Virus record (IMG/VR): IMGVR_UViG_3300034064_001073
Coordinates: 15,874-79,873 of that record
Direction: 5' to 3' (one strand)
Length of the DNA: 64,000 bases
From: a virus
How positions within the stretch are numbered: position 1 is the stretch's first letter; the number at the start of each line of letters is the position of its first letter. The notes beneath the pieces were generated by a model. That model ran no database searches. It had not been told where the DNA came from and saw nothing but the letters and a program-made list of their open reading frames with translations. The translations under genes and the position numbers were made by a program. This document shows, piece by piece, positions 60,614 to 64,000 of this stretch.

Positions 60614-61036
60614 ATGAACAGTGTGAACATGGTTGGCCTCCTTACGGCCAGTTCGAAGGTTGAGGGTGACTTTCTCTTCATCGTCCTGGACAACCAGGGC
60701 GAGATGCCGACTCTCGGTTTCAAGGGTAAGCAGAGAGAGGCGGTCGAGAAGTGGGGTGAGCCCAAGCGCATGGTGTCGGTGTCGGGCGCATTGCGTACCG
60801 TCATCAACGGCAACCAGAAGATGACCTTCGTGGATGTCGCCTATAGTCGCTTCCTTGACAGCCAGAAGAAGGTTGTTGAGGAAACGAAGGTTGCGGCCCC
60901 AGCAAAGGTTGCGGCCCCTGCGAAGGTTGCTGCTCCTGCGAAGGCTCCTGCAAAGGCTCCTCCGAAGGTCTCTGCAAAGGCTCCTGCCAAGGCTCCTGCG
61001 ACGGCTGCTCCAGTCGACAACGACGTGCCCTGGTAG
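60614..61036 (+). CDS. ssb: Single-stranded DNA-binding protein with an APAK-repeat linker
   Basis: MNSVNMVGLLT...VSVSGALRT...RFLDS fits the SSB OB fold; acidic-aromatic tail DNDVPW (compare DDIPF). Has its own promoter copy and terminator (61044-61078). Confidence 0.8.
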   Translation: MNSVNMVGLLTASSKVEGDFLFIVLDNQGEMPTLGFKGKQREAVEKWGEPKRMVSVSGALRTVINGNQKMTFVDVAYSRFLDSQKKVVEETKVAAPAKVAAPAKVAAPAKAPAKAPPKVSAKAPAKAPATAAPVDNDVPW

Positions 61037-61279
61037 ACTCGTGACCCTCTGGCTTCGGTCGGAGGGTCTTGCTTTTTGGGCTCCGCTCCCCGGCCACAAG
61101 GCTAGACCTACAACAGCCCTTCAGGAACAAGGCTCCGCTATAGACCTACAAAGTTCCAGCTCCCGTGGCTCTTCGGTCTGCGGAGGACCCGTCAGCAGAG
61201 AAAAAAGTGGCGAAAAATATAGGACCTCCTTCGTCGGTTAGGTTTTGTGAGGAATAGTCCTCGGAGTTTGGAGTATGTC

Positions 61280-61441
61280 ATGAAGTACGAGAAGGTTTCC
61301 CTTGAAGACTGCTATGGCGTTTCGACTGGCGGAGAAGATGACATGATCGAGAAGATCGATAACAAGAGCGAAGGAATGTGGGATCACCGCCCAGACCGTG
61401 TCGACTCGGAGTACATGGACTTCGAAGAGTACGAAGAGTAA
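61280..61441 (+). CDS. Small, very acidic early protein
   Basis: GGAG SD; 53 aa rich in D/E; terminator at 61448-61469. Confidence 0.65.
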   Translation: MKYEKVSLEDCYGVSTGGEDDMIEKIDNKSEGMWDHRPDRVDSEYMDFEEYEE

Positions 61442-61529
61442 AGAAATGGCCCGAAAGGGTTTTTTCTTTCCCCAGACTCCGCTCAATGTCTCGGATACTC
61501 GAACGATAAAGGGGCCTCCTTCGTCGGCC

Positions 61530-61959
61530 ACATTTATTGGGTTTTGACACTGGTCAGGCCAAAGATTTAAGGCGTCGAGTAGGTTACATTGCGAACTCTA
61601 GGGGATGTAAACCCTATTGCTCGTACTGCAAGACGTCACCTTCTAATCCTCTAGAAAAATCATAAGCGCGCCTACCGCTTATGGGAACCTAGAGGTGTCA
61701 GGGTTGCAAACCTGGCTATAAAGATAGGCTGGCTGCTAGTGGATCCCTGCCACTAGTGGACAAGATGAACATGGGGCTTTGTCTACTAGGTAGGACCCCT
61801 GCCGCTAGTAGCAAGATAGACATGGGGTGGTTACTAGTTCGCTAGTAACGACTGGGAAGGGGTTCGCACGCTAGCAAATAAGACGACCCGTACCCTTTTG
61901 ATTAGTCTGGTGACGCAACGGACCACACGCGGCTATGGGTTCGATTCCCATATGATTGA
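61530..61959 (+). ncRNA. About 430-nt structured RNA with a tandem pseudoknot repeat and a 3' tRNA-like element
   Basis: No ORF; dense inverted repeats; duplicated unit at 61733-61776 and 61783-61827; T-arm TATGGG-TTCGATT-CCCATA at 61934-61952. Confidence 0.6.
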
Positions 61960-61988
61960 ATTACTTTACCCGTCCTAAGGAGGACACA

Positions 61989-62447
61989 ATGAACATGAAT
62001 GAGCGTCTTGAAGATTTCGTAGAGAAGATGGGAATGCGATTGGGGTTCTTGTGGGATACTACTGCCAGCTTGACCTGGAGTGGTAACTTTGGGCCGACTG
62101 TCGAGAGGGTAGAGAAGGAAGGTGAGACGATGATGGGCGATTTCTACCTGACCAATGGATTGCTGCACAGCGATCACTGCGGACACAAGGCGACGTTCAC
62201 CATCAGTGTCCCCGGCCAGCACCCAGATGGGTTCATCATGAACTGGCTGAAGATCGAGATCACGAACCTTGACTGGAATGGCGACGGCATCACGCACGAT
62301 GATCCGACTTACTCCCTGCCTGAGTTGAGTTCCAAGTACAACAAGATGGAGTTCAGGGAGGGCTTGAAGTTGGCGGAAACGTCTGCTCAGATTATCGTGG
62401 ACTTTGAAATGGTCTTGGAGGATGTCAAGGCCTCCTTCGTCGGTTAG
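61989..62447 (+). CDS. Early hypothetical protein
   Basis: AAGGAGG SD and ATG at 61989. Promoter copy 10 overlaps its last codons. Confidence 0.75.
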   Translation: MNMNERLEDFVEKMGMRLGFLWDTTASLTWSGNFGPTVERVEKEGETMMGDFYLTNGLLHSDHCGHKATFTISVPGQHPDGFIMNWLKIEITNLDWNGDGITHDDPTYSLPELSSKYNKMEFREGLKLAETSAQIIVDFEMVLEDVKASFVG

Positions 62448-62580
62448 GTATCGTGACTAGTAGGTCAACAGTCTGCAACCTGCCTGTCGGTAGGATAACC
62501 TATCAGATGTCATGTCTGGTAGCCACAAAGGCTGAATCACTTCCTTATGGTACAAAACTGGTTCGAATCCAGTTAGGAAG
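62446..62580 (+). ncRNA. Structured leader ending in a minimal tRNA-like element
   Basis: Several hairpins, then CTTCCT...AACTGG-TTCGAAT-CCAGTT-AGGAAG at 62540-62580. Confidence 0.5.
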
Positions 62581-62607
62581 ACTTTACCCCCTTATATAGG
62601 TGACAAG

Positions 62608-62811
62608 ATGAAACATGTGCCCGGACATAGTTCGATGGATGAGCAGGCTATGGAGACTGTAATCTCTCATGGGAAGTTTCTTCTTGAGAGAGCAAATGCA
62701 GTACTACATTTATATCCCCAGCTCCAAGAGTATAGGGATGCACTGGTAGAGATGCAGAAGTATGCCGAGAAGGCAATGGATAATGGACACTTCCCCGATT
62801 CCGACCTCTAA
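62608..62811 (+). CDS. Small hypothetical protein
   Basis: AGGTGA SD; 67 aa. Confidence 0.65.
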   Translation: MKHVPGHSSMDEQAMETVISHGKFLLERANAVLHLYPQLQEYRDALVEMQKYAEKAMDNGHFPDSDL

Positions 62812-62829
62812 CGTCCTTAGGAGGACAAC

Positions 62830-63024
62830 ATGTACAATGCGACAATTTCGAAGAATCAAGAGACTGGTAGCGCGTTTCTCTCGGTCTACAACGAAGAGGG
62901 AAACCTTGTCATAGGTATCGACGTCCGTGCTGATGGTAGCATGGAGGTCCACAATCACGATGGTGTTGCTGGTTTCGACCACATCGCCTGCATCCATGAC
63001 GTTCTTTCACAGATCGCCAAGTAG
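62830..63024 (+). CDS. Small hypothetical protein
   Basis: AGGAGG SD; 64 aa. Confidence 0.7.
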   Translation: MYNATISKNQETGSAFLSVYNEEGNLVIGIDVRADGSMEVHNHDGVAGFDHIACIHDVLSQIAK

Positions 63025-63032
63025 GTTACAAG

Positions 63033-63491
63033 ATGAATATGAATACCGTTAAGGATATGGACAAGATCTTGGGAATCCTGGATGCCGAAGTGGCAAAGAG
63101 GAAGATTCCTTTTGATGCGATTCCAGAGAGAACAGGGGCGGAGTATCGTGCCCTAGCCGAAGACCATGAAGAGTATGTTGCTCTTCTTGCAAGAGAGAGG
63201 AAGGTAATCAATGCCTACTTCAATGCCGTTCAGATGCAGGAGTGGGCACAGAACCACAAGCGCTGGATACAGACGGGATTGAACGGTTATACTACCCATG
63301 AGTTGAGCCCTGTTGGCAAAGAGACCCTGAAGAAGTTCATCAGCAAAATAGTTGAGGAAACCTGGTGGGATGCCAATGAGGACCGCCTTATGGCAGAATT
63401 CGAAAGTTCCCGCCAGTACCTCGGTGACGACGACCGCAACTTTGAGTGGTACATTGAGAGAGAATATGAGACTTACCTTCGCAACCTTTAA
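63033..63491 (+). CDS. Hypothetical protein
   Basis: 152-aa ORF in a tightly packed operon. Confidence 0.7.
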   Translation: MNMNTVKDMDKILGILDAEVAKRKIPFDAIPERTGAEYRALAEDHEEYVALLARERKVINAYFNAVQMQEWAQNHKRWIQTGLNGYTTHELSPVGKETLKKFISKIVEETWWDANEDRLMAEFESSRQYLGDDDRNFEWYIEREYETYLRNL

Positions 63492-63502
63492 CGAGAAAGA
63501 CA

Positions 63503-63649
63503 ATGAAGCATATCAATCTTAGAGTGTTTGTCGTAAACAAGGGTATCATTATTAGTGAGAGACACAATGATGTCCAGACTGCGATGAATCGGGGCGAGAG
63601 TCTTGCTTCCAGCTTGGGTGGTCGATGGACTATCACAATTAACAAGTAA
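63503..63649 (+). CDS. 48-aa hypothetical protein not in the ORF track
   Basis: MKHINLRVFVVNKGIIISERHNDVQTAMNRGESLASSLGGRWTITINK, starting 11 nt after the previous stop. Confidence 0.55.
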   Translation: MKHINLRVFVVNKGIIISERHNDVQTAMNRGESLASSLGGRWTITINK

Positions 63650-64000
63650 ACAGAGATTGGGGAAAACGCGTTATCCCCCCAATAGGTAACACTGGTTGAT
63701 CCTTTAAAAAGGCCAGAGGTTTGGTAACCCAGAAAATCCTGCCAAGATCTAGTCCGCTAGATTGGGAGCACAAACAACTGTCCTAGTTCAGAAAATAACT
63801 AGGTGGTACGTCTGGTAATCCAGAACGCAAGGGCCTCTTCTTCTAGCAATAAAAGGAGGGGCCCTTTAACTTTCCCTCAACCCCGGAGACGATGTGTTTG
63901 ACAAGACGGCATTTGTTGTTTTCGTAATCTTGCTATATGGGACTAGACTACTAGTCGTAGATTTCCCAGTGATACTATCAACGCTGGATCTACTACTATG

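Larger units (their letters stand above)
58363..61483 (+). repeat. CTCCGCT-based modular spacer repeats upstream of the promoter motif
   Basis: CTCCGCT at 58363, 58720, 58772, 58854, 59162, 59560, 60091, 60181, 61081, 61133 and 61477, with variants at 58384 and 60511. Longer mosaic modules lie at 58718-58912, 60089-60238 and 61079-61236. Confidence 0.85.
58435..62446 (+). promoter_or_regulatory. Ten copies of a putative hairpin promoter, CTCCTTCGTCG-N-Y-Y-A
   Basis: Exact 11-mer at 58435, 58902, 59208, 59610, 59777, 60228, 60558, 61226, 61516 and 62432. Each precedes an ORF or ncRNA, and most follow a terminator. The flanking bases covary. Confidence 0.8.

Noticed and set aside
52320-61130. 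Long minus-strand ORFs (e.g. 524, 404, 350 and 295 aa)
   Set aside because: They are shadows of GC3-rich plus-strand genes, have no motifs, and some run across terminators and promoter repeats.
61530-61959. Canonical tmRNA
   Set aside because: No GGGG 5' acceptor strand, no G3.U70 alanine identity, no CCA end and no convincing tag peptide. Kept as an unknown structured RNA.
58363-62446. CRISPR array
   Set aside because: The repeats are only 7-11 nt, spacing ranges from about 170 to 900 nt and includes genes and terminators, and no cas genes are present.
58430-62450. HDV-like/theta ribozyme (GCC-TCCTTCGTC-GGC resembles HDV P3/L3)
   Set aside because: There is no conserved P1, no P1.1 GG after the expected P1 3' strand, and no P2 or J4/2 across copies. 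The position at unit starts fits a promoter better.
61898-62580. Complete tRNA genes
   Set aside because: Both elements lack an anticodon arm.
1-64000. Stop-codon reassignment
   Set aside because: Code 11 gives dense, full-length genes, and TAG ends several well-bounded ORFs.

Overview
The window is part of a large contractile-tailed (myovirus-type) phage genome in two divergent halves. Bases 1-50.4 kb (minus strand, AT-rich, about 40% GC by eye) are a virion morphogenesis operon. In transcription order it holds a TerS-like gene, four giant putative ejected proteins (a DEDDh+SNase dual nuclease, a pair sharing a 300-aa C-terminal module, and one other), TerL, a portal with an A10 -1 frameshift into a MuF-like domain, a multidomain prohead protease, a Dps fusion, a decoration protein, the major capsid protein, neck proteins, sheath, three tube-like proteins, chaperones, a tape-measure-like protein and a 2330-aa protein with a DFDGD motif (putative virion RNA polymerase). 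Bases 50.8-64 kb (plus strand, about 55% GC by eye) look like an early region. It has a membrane-anchored trypsin-like protease and a 2176-aa YonO/RdRP-like two-barrel RNA polymerase fused to SLOG and HIRAN domains. These are followed by an array of short transcription units that begin with a 10-copy motif, CTCCTTCGTCG-N-Y-Y-A; most end in an intrinsic terminator. On the template strand the motif folds into a C(GAA)G triloop hairpin with tandem G.A pairs and covarying flanks, resembling N4 virion-RNAP hairpin promoters. Several units contain no credible ORF but encode a family of multi-pseudoknot ncRNAs or end in truncated tRNA-like elements, and one unit encodes an SSB. The best candidate for an undescribed system is a two-polymerase programme in which hairpin promoters drive structured non-coding RNAs. 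All assignments come from manual motif reading; no searches or folding programs were run.
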